Shown here piece after piece: positions 29,785 to 40,382 of a DNA stretch of 64,000 nucleotides. The DNA is from Bacilli bacterium (GTDB lineage: Bacteria; Bacillota_I; Bacilli_A; RFN20; CAG-826): NCBI GenBank assembly GCA_028705995.1, contig JAQWCH010000002.1, positions 22,398-86,397 on the forward strand, read 5' to 3'. Made by a program: the position numbers and the translations under genes. Position 1 is the first letter of the stretch, and each line of letters starts with the position of its first letter. The notes beneath the pieces were generated by a model. That model ran no database searches, had not been told where the DNA came from, and saw only the letters and a list, made by a program, of their open reading frames with translations.

Positions 29785-29997
29785 TGAAAATGTATAAAAA
29801 ATAAATATAAGTTGATTAAAAAATGTTTCACGGCGGAAAAGCAAGATGATTACAAACTTTTTCTTTTCTAAGCCACGGACAAAAACTTTGTCTTTTTGAA
29901 ATATTAAAACTATAAAACTACTATATTAATACTATTATTAAACTTAATTAAAAACCTTGTCGTTCATTGATGAGGTTTTACTACTTGTTCTATCTGC

Positions 29998-30633
29998 TTA
30001 GATAATTGATGGTCCGCTGGATGTCCCGATACGACTTGCACCGGCTTTCACCATCGCTAAAAGGTCTTCATGTGTCTTTACACCACCACTAGCTTTCACG
30101 CCAATATTCGGTCCAACAGTCTCCCGCATTAAGCGCACATCTTCGACTGTCGCGCCACCTTTTGAAAATCCAGTTGATGTTTTAACAAAATCAGCACCCG
30201 CAGCAACTGCCAATTTGCAGGCGCGGACTTTTTCTTCGTTTGTTAACAAAGCAGTTTCGATTATGACTTTTAATAAATGGCCATCGGTCGCAACTTTGAT
30301 CGCGCGAATTTCATCTTCGACTTTTTGGTTTTTCCCAGTTTTAAGATCGCCGATGTTGATCACCATATCGATTTCATCAGCACCATCTTTCACCGCATTG
30401 CGTGTTTCCTGCACTTTGCTAGTTGTTGACATTGCGCCAAGTGGAAAACCAATCACTGTGCAAACTTTTACGCTACTGCCTGCTAATTCCTGAGCAACAA
30501 GTGGGACAAAACAGCCATTAACGCAAACGCTCGCAAAATCGAGTTCACGGGCTTCCTGGCAAATCTTTTTAACATCTTGCTCAGTTGCATCAGCGCGAAG
30601 AATAGTATGATCGATTAATTTGTTGTAGTTCAT
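29998..30633 (-). CDS. deoC: Deoxyribose-phosphate aldolase
   Basis: DeoC class I aldolase motifs ([11 protein letters not shown]..., Schiff-base Lys region VKASGGV); AAGGAG SD. Confidence 0.85.
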   Translation of the reverse strand: MNYNKLIDHTILRADATEQDVKKICQEARELDFASVCVNGCFVPLVAQELAGSSVKVCTVIGFPLGAMSTTSKVQETRNAVKDGADEIDMVINIGDLKTGKNQKVEDEIRAIKVATDGHLLKVIIETALLTNEEKVRACKLAVAAGADFVKTSTGFSKGGATVEDVRLMRETVGPNIGVKASGGVKTHEDLLAMVKAGASRIGTSSGPSII

Positions 30634-30652
30634 ATTTCTTTTACTCCTTTTT

Positions 30653-31012
30653 TTATGGTAATAAAATTCCCACAATCATCAAAATGATGAAGATGTACAT
30701 AATAAAACCAACAATTGTACATATATTATATACTTTCCACGTGAATTGGTGCGTTTTTTTTGATACGCGACGCATCAAACTGATTCCGACGAACGGCACA
30801 AATACAATTAGAATGGCGCGCCAAATACTCGGAATGTCATTAGGATTCACACTGGATAAATTGGGATCAAGTTCAGAATCATTTTCAGCATGCATTTGTT
30901 GATACACTTCTGGAGTTAATTTATAACCACAGTTTGGGCACTTACTAGCTAAGCTACTCGTGATTTCATGATGACAATTTGGGCATTTCATATTAGCATT
31001 ATACACTTTCAT
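30653..31012 (-). CDS. Zinc-ribbon membrane protein (hypothetical)
   Basis: CPNCHH...CPNCGY zinc-ribbon followed by 2 TM helices; no clear SD, and it sits directly behind the rpmF terminator. Confidence 0.4.
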   Translation of the reverse strand: MKVYNANMKCPNCHHEITSSLASKCPNCGYKLTPEVYQQMHAENDSELDPNLSSVNPNDIPSIWRAILIVFVPFVGISLMRRVSKKTHQFTWKVYNICTIVGFIMYIFIILMIVGILLP

Positions 31013-31021
31013 TCAATTAAT

Positions 31022-31050
31022 GAATAAATAAAAAGCTCTCATATGAGAGC
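31022..31050 (-). terminator. Terminator after rpmF
   Basis: Perfect gctctcatatgagagc palindrome followed by a T-run on the minus strand. Confidence 0.8.
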
Positions 31051-31062
31051 GATTTATTCGGA

Positions 31063-31419
31063 TTATTCGCTAACGACTTTTTGTTTTTTAGCGGTTGGTT
31101 TTCTACTGGTGACTGGTTTTTTGACTTTTGCGGCCTTTGCAGCAGGGGCTTTTTTACCACTTGCTTTTGCAGCTTCATCGCTACCAGCAGCTTCAGTTTT
31201 GGTTTTCGCGCTCTTTTTCTTTGTCTCAACGGCTTTTTCTTCAGCTTTTAAGCCTAAGACATTTTCGCCTTGATAGAAACCACATTTTGGACATACAGTG
31301 TGGGCGGGAATTAACGCACCACAATTACTGCAGGTTACAAGACCAGTAACATGTAATTTAAAATGCGTGCGCCGCATTCTTTTTTTCGTTTTCGAAGTTC
31401 GCCTGAAAGGTACTGCCAT
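31063..31419 (-). CDS. rpmF: 50S ribosomal protein L32 with a ~60-aa Lys/Ala-rich C-terminal extension
   Basis: [22 protein letters not shown]...CSNCG...CPKCG L32 core, followed by a K/A-rich tail; GGAGG SD. Confidence 0.8.
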   Translation of the reverse strand: MAVPFRRTSKTKKRMRRTHFKLHVTGLVTCSNCGALIPAHTVCPKCGFYQGENVLGLKAEEKAVETKKKSAKTKTEAAGSDEAAKASGKKAPAAKAAKVKKPVTSRKPTAKKQKVVSE

Positions 31420-31452
31420 AATTGCATCCTCCTAGATAAAAATTACTCGCTT

Positions 31453-31481
31453 ATTATAACGAGCATTTACCGGCTTTGCAA
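31453..31481 (-). promoter_or_regulatory. rpmF promoter
   Basis: Minus-strand TTGCAA, 17-nt spacer, TATAAT. Confidence 0.65.
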
Positions 31482-31556
31482 CATTTTTTATACATTTTAT
31501 GAAAAAAAACTTATTTTGTTGATGAACATTAGGTTTTTTTACTATACAGTGTATAG

Positions 31557-32822
31557 TTATTTGTATATAATATCGACCATTTTACCGATTAAAGAGGTCT
31601 TCGATTGCGTTTTTACGTAGATATAATTTGATGAATGACCGCGATAAACATTTTCGGCTGGATCGTAATCTTCAAATATCACACTAAGTGGTTGATTAAT
31701 GAATTTATTTGTATATTGGTTAACAAGTTCTTCGTTCAATGCCAAGAGATTTCTTACACGTTCTTTTTTGATCTGAGGCAAAATTTGATTAGGCATGCGA
31801 CTTGCCAAAGTGCGCGTGCGCGCTGAGAAAGGGAACACATGTAGACGCGCAAATCCAATGGTCTTAATAAAATCACGAGTTTCATTAAATTCTTCTTCGC
31901 TTTCACCTGGAAAACCGACGATAACATCTGTTGTGATTGCAATATCGGGAATCGCTTGACGAATTTCAGCAATTTTATCAATAAATGATGTGACATCATA
32001 CTTTCGATGCATGCGTTTTAGGACACTTGAACTACCACTTTGTAATGGAATATGTAAGTGGCGCGCAATCCGTTTGTCATCGCGAATTAATTCGATTAAT
32101 TCTTTTGAAATTTCGCTTTCCTCAATTGAAGAAATGCGTAAACGCTTTATATCTGGCACTTCGATCAACATTTGTTTAATTAATGTAAATAGCGATGTTC
32201 CATCTTGAAAGTCTTGACCATAACCGCCGGTGTGAATTCCCGTTAAAATAATTTCCGGATACCCTTTTTGAATGATAATTTTCGCCTCGTTAATGATATC
32301 ATTCATGGCCCGCGATCGCATTTTACCGCGCGTTAGAGGAATAATACAATATGAGCAGAAATTATCGCAGCCATCTTGGATTTTAAGATATACACGGACA
32401 TTTTCTGTTGCACTGGTTAAACCGAGTTCTTCATAGGAAAAATTACGAGAATCTTTATCAACAAGCGTAATTTGTTTTTTATCTTCTTGATATTTTTTGA
32501 TTAATTCAGGAATTAAATGCCGATTTGATGCCCCAATAATGATTGCAACGCCGGGAATTTCTTCAATACTCGCGAGGGCAATTTGACTATAGCAGCCCAT
32601 CACGACAATAATTGCTTCGGGATGATTTTTAATTTCTTTGCGAATTTGTTGACGGCTCTTTTGGTCACTCGTGCTTGTTACTGAACATGTATTAATGATG
32701 ACAACATCAATGTTTTCTTCACTAAGTCCGTGATGAAAGCCAGCATTTTCTAAAAGAGCGCCGATTGCGCCGCTTTCATAAAAATTAACCTTACAACCAA
32801 GCGTGACGAGTTTATAATTCAT
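31557..32822 (-). CDS. mtaB: Radical-SAM methylthiotransferase MtaB (YqeV-like, MiaB family); start uncertain (32822 or 32834)
   Basis: N-terminal MTTase domain (LGCKVN); CxxxCxxC radical-SAM motif (CSYCIIP); C-terminal TRAM domain. Confidence 0.8.
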   Translation of the reverse strand: MNYKLVTLGCKVNFYESGAIGALLENAGFHHGLSEENIDVVIINTCSVTSTSDQKSRQQIRKEIKNHPEAIIVVMGCYSQIALASIEEIPGVAIIIGASNRHLIPELIKKYQEDKKQITLVDKDSRNFSYEELGLTSATENVRVYLKIQDGCDNFCSYCIIPLTRGKMRSRAMNDIINEAKIIIQKGYPEIILTGIHTGGYGQDFQDGTSLFTLIKQMLIEVPDIKRLRISSIEESEISKELIELIRDDKRIARHLHIPLQSGSSSVLKRMHRKYDVTSFIDKIAEIRQAIPDIAITTDVIVGFPGESEEEFNETRDFIKTIGFARLHVFPFSARTRTLASRMPNQILPQIKKERVRNLLALNEELVNQYTNKFINQPLSVIFEDYDPAENVYRGHSSNYIYVKTQSKTSLIGKMVDIIYK

Positions 32823-33606
32823 CATCACTACCACTTATTGGAGATTTCATTCCAAGCAGACGTGCGTATGCATGATTCGAAATGAGTTTTTGATTAAATA
32901 AAGCGGAAATCATTCCACTGCGGTCACCATTAAAAAAGGCGCGGACAACCGGTGCTAAACGATCAATCATGTGATTAGTCGAGAATTTTTTCATCCGCCG
33001 ATCAAATAGGGGAATACTGACATCAAGTCGTCCTTGATCATTGATGAAATAAAGTGTCATGAAATCTAGATGATAGTATGCGCGCGCACTTCCTTGACCA
33101 CCAATTTCAACTAACGAAGTAAAGTTAGATGAATATAAAGCGAAATTGTATTGTTCAAACGGATCAAGAATATCGCTGTTTTCTGCGGGATTGAGCACTT
33201 GATATGTTGTATAGAGCTCATTAACCGCCTTTTTTTGCCACAAAAGATTGAGGCTACGCGAATATAGTGGCACATAAATCCGAATACCCGCATCTTCGAA
33301 ATATGGCCGATTACGAAGCGCCTCATGTAAGCGTTTAGTGCGGCTATCTTCACTAATTTGTTGTTTATTTAGTAATAGTTGATTAATTTTTTCTAATTCT
33401 TGGTTAATGATAATTTGATTCTCTAGACCAAGGATAACTATATTTGCCCGCAAATAATCAAATGGGGTACGAATCGTCGCTAAATGTTGATATAGCGGAC
33501 TGGCGAGTAAAATATTTTGATGAGCAAAGAAAAAAGTGCCATCCGGTGTATCTTCGTAATGGCGGACTTTTTGTTGACTTGTTAGATATTTATAAATGTG
33601 AACCAT
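32812..33606 (-). CDS. Hypothetical cytoplasmic protein (264 aa) with no recognisable motif
   Basis: Long ORF with coding-like composition; its start is coupled to the upstream gene (taaATG); sits where prmA/rsmE lie in Bacillus. Confidence 0.5.
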   Translation of the reverse strand: MVHIYKYLTSQQKVRHYEDTPDGTFFFAHQNILLASPLYQHLATIRTPFDYLRANIVILGLENQIIINQELEKINQLLLNKQQISEDSRTKRLHEALRNRPYFEDAGIRIYVPLYSRSLNLLWQKKAVNELYTTYQVLNPAENSDILDPFEQYNFALYSSNFTSLVEIGGQGSARAYYHLDFMTLYFINDQGRLDVSIPLFDRRMKKFSTNHMIDRLAPVVRAFFNGDRSGMISALFNQKLISNHAYARLLGMKSPISGSDDEL

Positions 33607-34044
33607 TTACTTTAAAAATTCTCCAGTCGCATCCTTAACATCGCGGGCAATTCGATAATAAAGAGCGATACCAATATTCACTAGCCAAAGCAGTCCAAAA
33701 ACAATTATCAGTGCTTGATACCATGGTATTTGCGTTGTTAGAGCAGCTAAAGTTGTGAGTCCACCAATTAAAACTAGATGGGCACTCAGCCATAACCACG
33801 CCCGTTTTTTGTAACCAAGATAAAAAAATCCCGCCCCAGAATACCCTAGCAAACAAAAGAAGATAAATGTAAGAAAACGCGATCTCTGTTGATAAAGCGC
33901 ATAATCTGGCTCAACGGGATCTAAAAAACTTGTATCATTAACGGTTTGTTCTTTTTTCACCCGAATCGGGTTAATTACACCACAAACCGGACAATATTTC
34001 TCTTGGTCATCTATCAATGAACCACAATTACGACACTTGCCCAT
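33607..34044 (-). CDS. Zinc-ribbon plus TM2-domain membrane protein
   Basis: CRNCG...CPVCG ribbon; GAGFFYLGYKKRAWLWL resembles the TM2-domain GxHRFYLG core; AGGAG SD. Confidence 0.55.
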   Translation of the reverse strand: MGKCRNCGSLIDDQEKYCPVCGVINPIRVKKEQTVNDTSFLDPVEPDYALYQQRSRFLTFIFFCLLGYSGAGFFYLGYKKRAWLWLSAHLVLIGGLTTLAALTTQIPWYQALIIVFGLLWLVNIGIALYYRIARDVKDATGEFLK

Positions 34045-34129
34045 AGCTGCTTACTCCTGTTAGTTTCTATTATAGCGAAAAGCAAACAATAATTTAAGCC
34101 TAAAGGATAGCTTTTTTTCTTGCCCGGCC

Positions 34130-34157
34130 ATAAAAAAACACCGAATTGCTTCGGTGT
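34130..34157 (-). terminator. Strong terminator after dnaJ
   Basis: acaccgaa-ttgc-ttcggtgt 8-bp stem followed by T7 on the minus strand. Confidence 0.85.
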
Positions 34158-34162
34158 CAAAA

Positions 34163-35281
34163 TTAACTGTTAAAGAAGTTGAGAAAACGCTCGATAAATG
34201 ATGGATCTTTTTGATCTTCTTCTTGAAGTTTTTTCAATAAATCACGCTGTTTTTTGTTGAGGTTTGTTGGTGTCTGAACATCCACTTCCACATACTGATC
34301 ACCAGATACACCCCGCAGGCCTTTAATCCCTTTGCCGCGCATCCGCAATTTGGTATGTGGTTGAATACCAGCAGGAATTTTCAGTTTGACTTTTCCATAA
34401 ACCGTTGGAACATCGATTTCAGTTCCAAGAGCAGCAGAGGCAAAGTCAAGCGGAATTTTTAAATGAATATCATTACCATCGCGAACAAAATATTTATGCG
34501 TGCGAATGTTAATTTCTAAATATAAATCGCCATTGGGTCCCCCACTTTGGCCACGGGAACCTTTACCCGGAATGCGAATTTGTTGACCAGAATTAATTCC
34601 AGCGGGAATTTTAACATTAATTTTTGTTTTAACACGTTCATATCCACTGCCATTACAGACGTGGCACTTATTTTTGATTGTTTTCCCACTTCCGCCACAG
34701 GTCGGACAAGTTTGTGTTGATTGCATTGTGCCAAAAATAGTTTGGCGCGCACCAGTTACATGTCCACTACCATTACAAGTTGGACAAGTTTGTACGTCTT
34801 CTGGTGTTTCTCCGCCAGACCCATGACAGTGATGACACACTTGATCATAAGTAACGTTTAATGGATAATCAATTCCATTAATCGCATCCATAAAATCAAT
34901 TGTAATCTTTGCTAATGAATCATTTCCGCGACTCGGTCCGCTCGGCCGCCGTGAGCGCGAACCGCCAAAAAACGAGCCAAAAATATCACCTAGATCAATA
35001 TCATCAAACCCACTACCTCTAAAACCACCACTAAACGGATTTTGTTCACCGGTGCCATCGAAGGCTGAATGACCAAATTGATCGTAAGTTTGGCGTTTTT
35101 TATCATCTTTTAATATTTCATAAGCTTCTTGAACTTCTTTAAAATTTTCTTCGGCATCTGGACTTTTATTAATATCAGGATGATATTTTTTGGCCAGTTT
35201 CCGATAGGCATTTTTAATCTCGTCGGCCGAGGCATTACGACTGACGCCGAGTACTTCATAATAATCACGTTTTTCTGCCAT
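34163..35281 (-). CDS. dnaJ: Chaperone DnaJ
   Basis: J-domain HPD (KYHPDINK); G/F region; four CxxCxGxG zinc-finger repeats; GAGGAGG SD. Confidence 0.9.
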   Translation of the reverse strand: MAEKRDYYEVLGVSRNASADEIKNAYRKLAKKYHPDINKSPDAEENFKEVQEAYEILKDDKKRQTYDQFGHSAFDGTGEQNPFSGGFRGSGFDDIDLGDIFGSFFGGSRSRRPSGPSRGNDSLAKITIDFMDAINGIDYPLNVTYDQVCHHCHGSGGETPEDVQTCPTCNGSGHVTGARQTIFGTMQSTQTCPTCGGSGKTIKNKCHVCNGSGYERVKTKINVKIPAGINSGQQIRIPGKGSRGQSGGPNGDLYLEINIRTHKYFVRDGNDIHLKIPLDFASAALGTEIDVPTVYGKVKLKIPAGIQPHTKLRMRGKGIKGLRGVSGDQYVEVDVQTPTNLNKKQRDLLKKLQEEDQKDPSFIERFLNFFNS

Positions 35282-35350
35282 AGTCGGCCTCCTCACTTAG
35301 TTACAAAGCAAGATGGGAGGAATTCCCACCTTGCTCAGTTTTTTGCATCA

Positions 35351-37192
<1,842 letters not shown>

Positions 37193-37222
37193 TTATCGTT
37201 ATAAATTTTATTACCAATCCAC

Positions 37223-37840
37223 CTAAGCAAGCGTGGATGATTGGCCATCATTTTGTTCATCAACATTCGTTTCTTCTTGCGTAACTGGTTCAGGGAGCTT
37301 CGAAACGATAACCATCGCGGCCCGCACCATCCGATCGTGTAGTTTATAGCCTTTAGCATACACGCGCACGACCGTATTTGGCGGATAGTCTTCATGCACT
37401 TCGGTATCTAAGGCATGCATGAACTCGCCATTAAAGGCCTCACCAATTTTAGGAGCATACTCACTAATTCCTTCGTTTTCTAATGCTTCTACAAATTGAC
37501 GATAGATGTATTGGAAACCAGTTAAATAATTTTTAAGAACTGGATCCGTTGGTTCATTGGTGAGCGCGACATGGAATGAATCCAATACGGGAATTAAGCG
37601 ATCAACAAATCCATAAGCACGATATTTAATTGCCGAGCGATGATCTTGATCATATTGCTTTTTCAGATTTTCTGTGTCGGCAAATGCGCGGTAATACTTA
37701 TCTTTCCATGCTTGAAGTTCTTTTTCTAACTTTTCTTTTTCTTCGAGCAAACTTTGATAACGCCGTTTACTCACGCGACCTTCTTTAATATCTTTTTCGT
37801 CCTCAAGTTCAACTTTAGGATTTTTCTTATCTTCTTTCAT
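37223..37840 (-). CDS. grpE: Nucleotide exchange factor GrpE
   Basis: GrpE coiled-coil and C-terminal beta domain; operon position. Confidence 0.9.
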   Translation of the reverse strand: MKEDKKNPKVELEDEKDIKEGRVSKRRYQSLLEEKEKLEKELQAWKDKYYRAFADTENLKKQYDQDHRSAIKYRAYGFVDRLIPVLDSFHVALTNEPTDPVLKNYLTGFQYIYRQFVEALENEGISEYAPKIGEAFNGEFMHALDTEVHEDYPPNTVVRVYAKGYKLHDRMVRAAMVIVSKLPEPVTQEETNVDEQNDGQSSTLA

Positions 37841-37855
37841 ACAATCACGACCTTT

Positions 37856-38869
37856 CTATTCATCGCTATTTGTTTGGAAATATTCTTCGAGCTCATGGAC
37901 AACATATTCGAGTGTACTGACGACTTTGCCATAGTCCATTCTTGTCGGACCAACAACTGCAATTTGTCCACGTTTGTTGTTACCAAGATTAACAGTCGCG
38001 GAGATGACTGATAAATCTTTATCTTGTTCGGGATTACCAATCTTGATATTGATTTCTTCATCTCCTTGAGCAAGCCGAGCGAGTTCTTCAGGATTATCGA
38101 GTAGTGAGAGCAGTTTTTTTATTTTACTCGCATCATCACGATATTCCGGTTGATCAAGTAAATCTCTTTTACCAAATAATTCTAGACGTTCCCGCGCATA
38201 GCGTAGGAATGCATCGGCGAATGCTTGGAAGATAACTTGATGCTCGATAACATAATCAGTTAAAATCGGTGCTAATGCTTCCATTTTGTCCACAACTTGA
38301 TCAATTGGTGTTCCAACTAGGCGCTTATTTAAGATAACAACACAATCTTTTACTTCTTTGATAGAGGTCGCCGGTGGAACAACAAATGTTTTGTTCTCGA
38401 CATAGCCTTGATCAGTAACAAATATTGCCGTCGCTAGGGTGTCATTTAGCGGAATCACTTGAATGGAAACAAGGTGTTCATCACGGGCACTTGGTCCGAG
38501 GACAACAGAAGCAAGATTAGTCATATGTGCCAGAATTTGCACACTTTCATTGATGACATTCGCCATACTTTTATGTTTATCCGCTAAAATTGTCTGTAAC
38601 TGCATTTTAACTTGATCATCAACGCCATGTTCACGTAAATGTTCGACGTAGTAACGATAACCAGCGCTTGATGGCACGCGTCCAGATGAAGTGTGAGTTT
38701 TTTCAATTAAGCCATCAATTTCTAGACTATTCATCTCCGCGCGAATTGTCGCGGATGAATAGGGAATCGCAAATTCGTCAATCAAGGTCTGCGAGCCAAC
38801 TGGAACAGCTTTTTTGACAAAGTATTCGACAATGAGTTTTAATATTTGATCACGACGAGATAGTTCCAT
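37856..38869 (-). CDS. hrcA: Heat-inducible transcription repressor HrcA
   Basis: 337 aa; N-terminal wHTH; operon hrcA-grpE-dnaK-dnaJ; CIRCE operators upstream. Confidence 0.9.
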   Translation of the reverse strand: MELSRRDQILKLIVEYFVKKAVPVGSQTLIDEFAIPYSSATIRAEMNSLEIDGLIEKTHTSSGRVPSSAGYRYYVEHLREHGVDDQVKMQLQTILADKHKSMANVINESVQILAHMTNLASVVLGPSARDEHLVSIQVIPLNDTLATAIFVTDQGYVENKTFVVPPATSIKEVKDCVVILNKRLVGTPIDQVVDKMEALAPILTDYVIEHQVIFQAFADAFLRYARERLELFGKRDLLDQPEYRDDASKIKKLLSLLDNPEELARLAQGDEEINIKIGNPEQDKDLSVISATVNLGNNKRGQIAVVGPTRMDYGKVVSTLEYVVHELEEYFQTNSDE

Positions 38870-38882
38870 ACTCCGACCTTTC

Positions 38883-38908
38883 TAGCACTCAATTATCCTA
38901 AGTGCTAA
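38883..38908. promoter_or_regulatory. CIRCE operator 1 (HrcA binding site)
   Basis: TAGCACTC-aattatcct-AAGTGCTAA inverted repeat (9-N9-9) immediately downstream of the -10 element. Confidence 0.85.
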
Positions 38909-38912
38909 TTAC

Positions 38913-38940
38913 ATTATAAGCAGATTTTTGGCACTGTCAA
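38913..38940 (-). promoter_or_regulatory. hrcA-operon sigma-A promoter
   Basis: Minus-strand TTGACA, 16-nt spacer, TATAAT; the -35 lies inside CIRCE-2. Confidence 0.75.
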
Positions 38941-38954
38941 CAATTAAGTGCTAA
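38928..38954. promoter_or_regulatory. CIRCE operator 2 (degenerate second copy)
   Basis: TTGGCACTG-tcaacaatt-AAGTGCTAA; 3 mismatches to the consensus. Confidence 0.6.
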
Positions 38955-38961
38955 AAAAGTT

Positions 38962-38997
38962 AAATAAAATAAAAAACGCTGATGAATAGCGTGTTTT
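38962..38997 (-). terminator. Terminator after hemW
   Basis: acgct-gatgaat-agcgt stem with a T-run on the minus strand. Confidence 0.5.
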
Positions 38998-39016
38998 AAG
39001 ATGGATTTTTTTAAAT

Positions 39017-40108
39017 TTATACTAAATGCGTGAGTAAATAATCAAGTTTTATTAACCCTTCATCAGTCGCATAGAAGCGTTCATCTTTGCATTCATATAA
39101 TTGATAAGGACGAAGCAAATCAAGACTTTTTTGATAACGCGTTAAAAAATCAATCCCAAAAAGTGTTTGATATTCTTGTAAAGAAAATCCTTCTTTTAAA
39201 CGCAAATTTAACAAAAGGTATTCTTGTTCTTGTTGAATAAGGTCAATTTCTTCCTTACTCGCGATAAAAAAACCTTTAAGATAATCTTTTATTTTGCGCG
39301 TATTAATATAACGATAACTATTTAGATAACCACTTGCACCAAGACCAACAGCAAAATAATATTGATTCCGCCAATAAATCCGATTATGTTGAGACTCAAA
39401 ACCGGGCTTAGCAAATGACGATATTTCATAGCGTTCATAGCCATGGCGGCGGGCTTCGTTTAATAAGTAGTCATAATATTGGCGACTTACATCTTCATCA
39501 ATCTGTTTTATTCCGCGCTGCATAAATGGTGTATTGGGTTCAACGATCAAACTGTATGCTGATAAGTGTTCAATTTGAAGACTAAGAGCTGTCGCCACAT
39601 CGAGTGCCCAGATATCTAATGTTTGAGCAGGTAAACCATAAATTAAGTCAATACTAATATTGTGAAAACCAACTGCACGAGCATCGGCAATAACTTTTTC
39701 AACAAGTGCACGGTCATGTTTACGCCCAGCACGGGTTAACACTTCACGATTAAAAGATTGCACACCAAATGAAAGGCGATTGACACCATGCTTTTTTGCT
39801 AGCAACAATTTCGTGTGTGTACAATTTTCAATATTCGCTTCGATACTATATTCTTTAACTCCGTGAACGTAGGGAGCAACTATATCAAGTAGATGGGCAA
39901 ATTGATCTTCATCAAGCGCCGTTGGAGTCCCACCACCAATAAAAACTGTTTTTAAATCCGCTGGGTGATAAAAATCAAGTTCTTGCGCGAGTATCAATAA
40001 ATAATCATCGACTAATTGGCGATGATAAAGCATCTTTGTGAAGTCACAATATGGGCATAAATGCTGACAAAATGGAATGTGGATGTAAAGAGCTTGTGGT
40101 TTATTCAT
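39017..40108 (-). CDS. hemW: Radical-SAM haem chaperone HemW (HemN-like)
   Basis: IHIPFCQHLCPYCDF radical-SAM motif; located upstream of hrcA as in the Bacillus lepA-hemN-hrcA arrangement. Confidence 0.85.
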   Translation of the reverse strand: MNKPQALYIHIPFCQHLCPYCDFTKMLYHRQLVDDYLLILAQELDFYHPADLKTVFIGGGTPTALDEDQFAHLLDIVAPYVHGVKEYSIEANIENCTHTKLLLAKKHGVNRLSFGVQSFNREVLTRAGRKHDRALVEKVIADARAVGFHNISIDLIYGLPAQTLDIWALDVATALSLQIEHLSAYSLIVEPNTPFMQRGIKQIDEDVSRQYYDYLLNEARRHGYERYEISSFAKPGFESQHNRIYWRNQYYFAVGLGASGYLNSYRYINTRKIKDYLKGFFIASKEEIDLIQQEQEYLLLNLRLKEGFSLQEYQTLFGIDFLTRYQKSLDLLRPYQLYECKDERFYATDEGLIKLDYLLTHLV

Positions 40109-40370
40109 CCGTTGGTTTTTGTTCAGATTCTACATCCTGTTCAGCATCTTCAGTATCTTCAGTTGATTTTTCTTCTTCAATCGGGACAAGAACGCGGTCT
40201 AATTCCTCTTGGATGCGCGTTTGTTCATCAACTTCTTGAACTTCATCTTCTTTTTTGATGCCAGGGACAAATTTGGATACAAGGAAAACGACTAAGGCAA
40301 TCAAACTAAAAAAACCGACTATGAGGATTAAGATTGCCCATGATGGTAATGGATCTGCGAGGAAATTCAT
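40101..40370 (-). CDS. Small single-pass membrane protein with an acidic C-terminal tail (hypothetical)
   Basis: One N-terminal TM helix, then a Glu/Asp-rich tail; AAGGAG SD; its 3' end overlaps the hemW start by 8 nt. Confidence 0.5.
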   Translation of the reverse strand: MNFLADPLPSWAILILIVGFFSLIALVVFLVSKFVPGIKKEDEVQEVDEQTRIQEELDRVLVPIEEEKSTEDTEDAEQDVESEQKPTDE

Positions 40371-40382
40371 AAATGCTCCTTA

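Noticed and set aside
32812-33606. The 264-aa protein as a divergent RsmE or PrmA, since it sits in their conserved position
   Set aside because: It has no RsmE GPEGG or LGPRILRTETA motif and no PrmA SAM-binding GxGxG region. It is kept as unknown.
35297-35350. Hairpin gcaaggtggga-attcc-tcccatcttgc between dnaK and dnaJ as a full terminator
   Set aside because: The stem is good but no T-run follows on the minus strand. It is more likely a partial attenuator or RNA-processing site within the operon.
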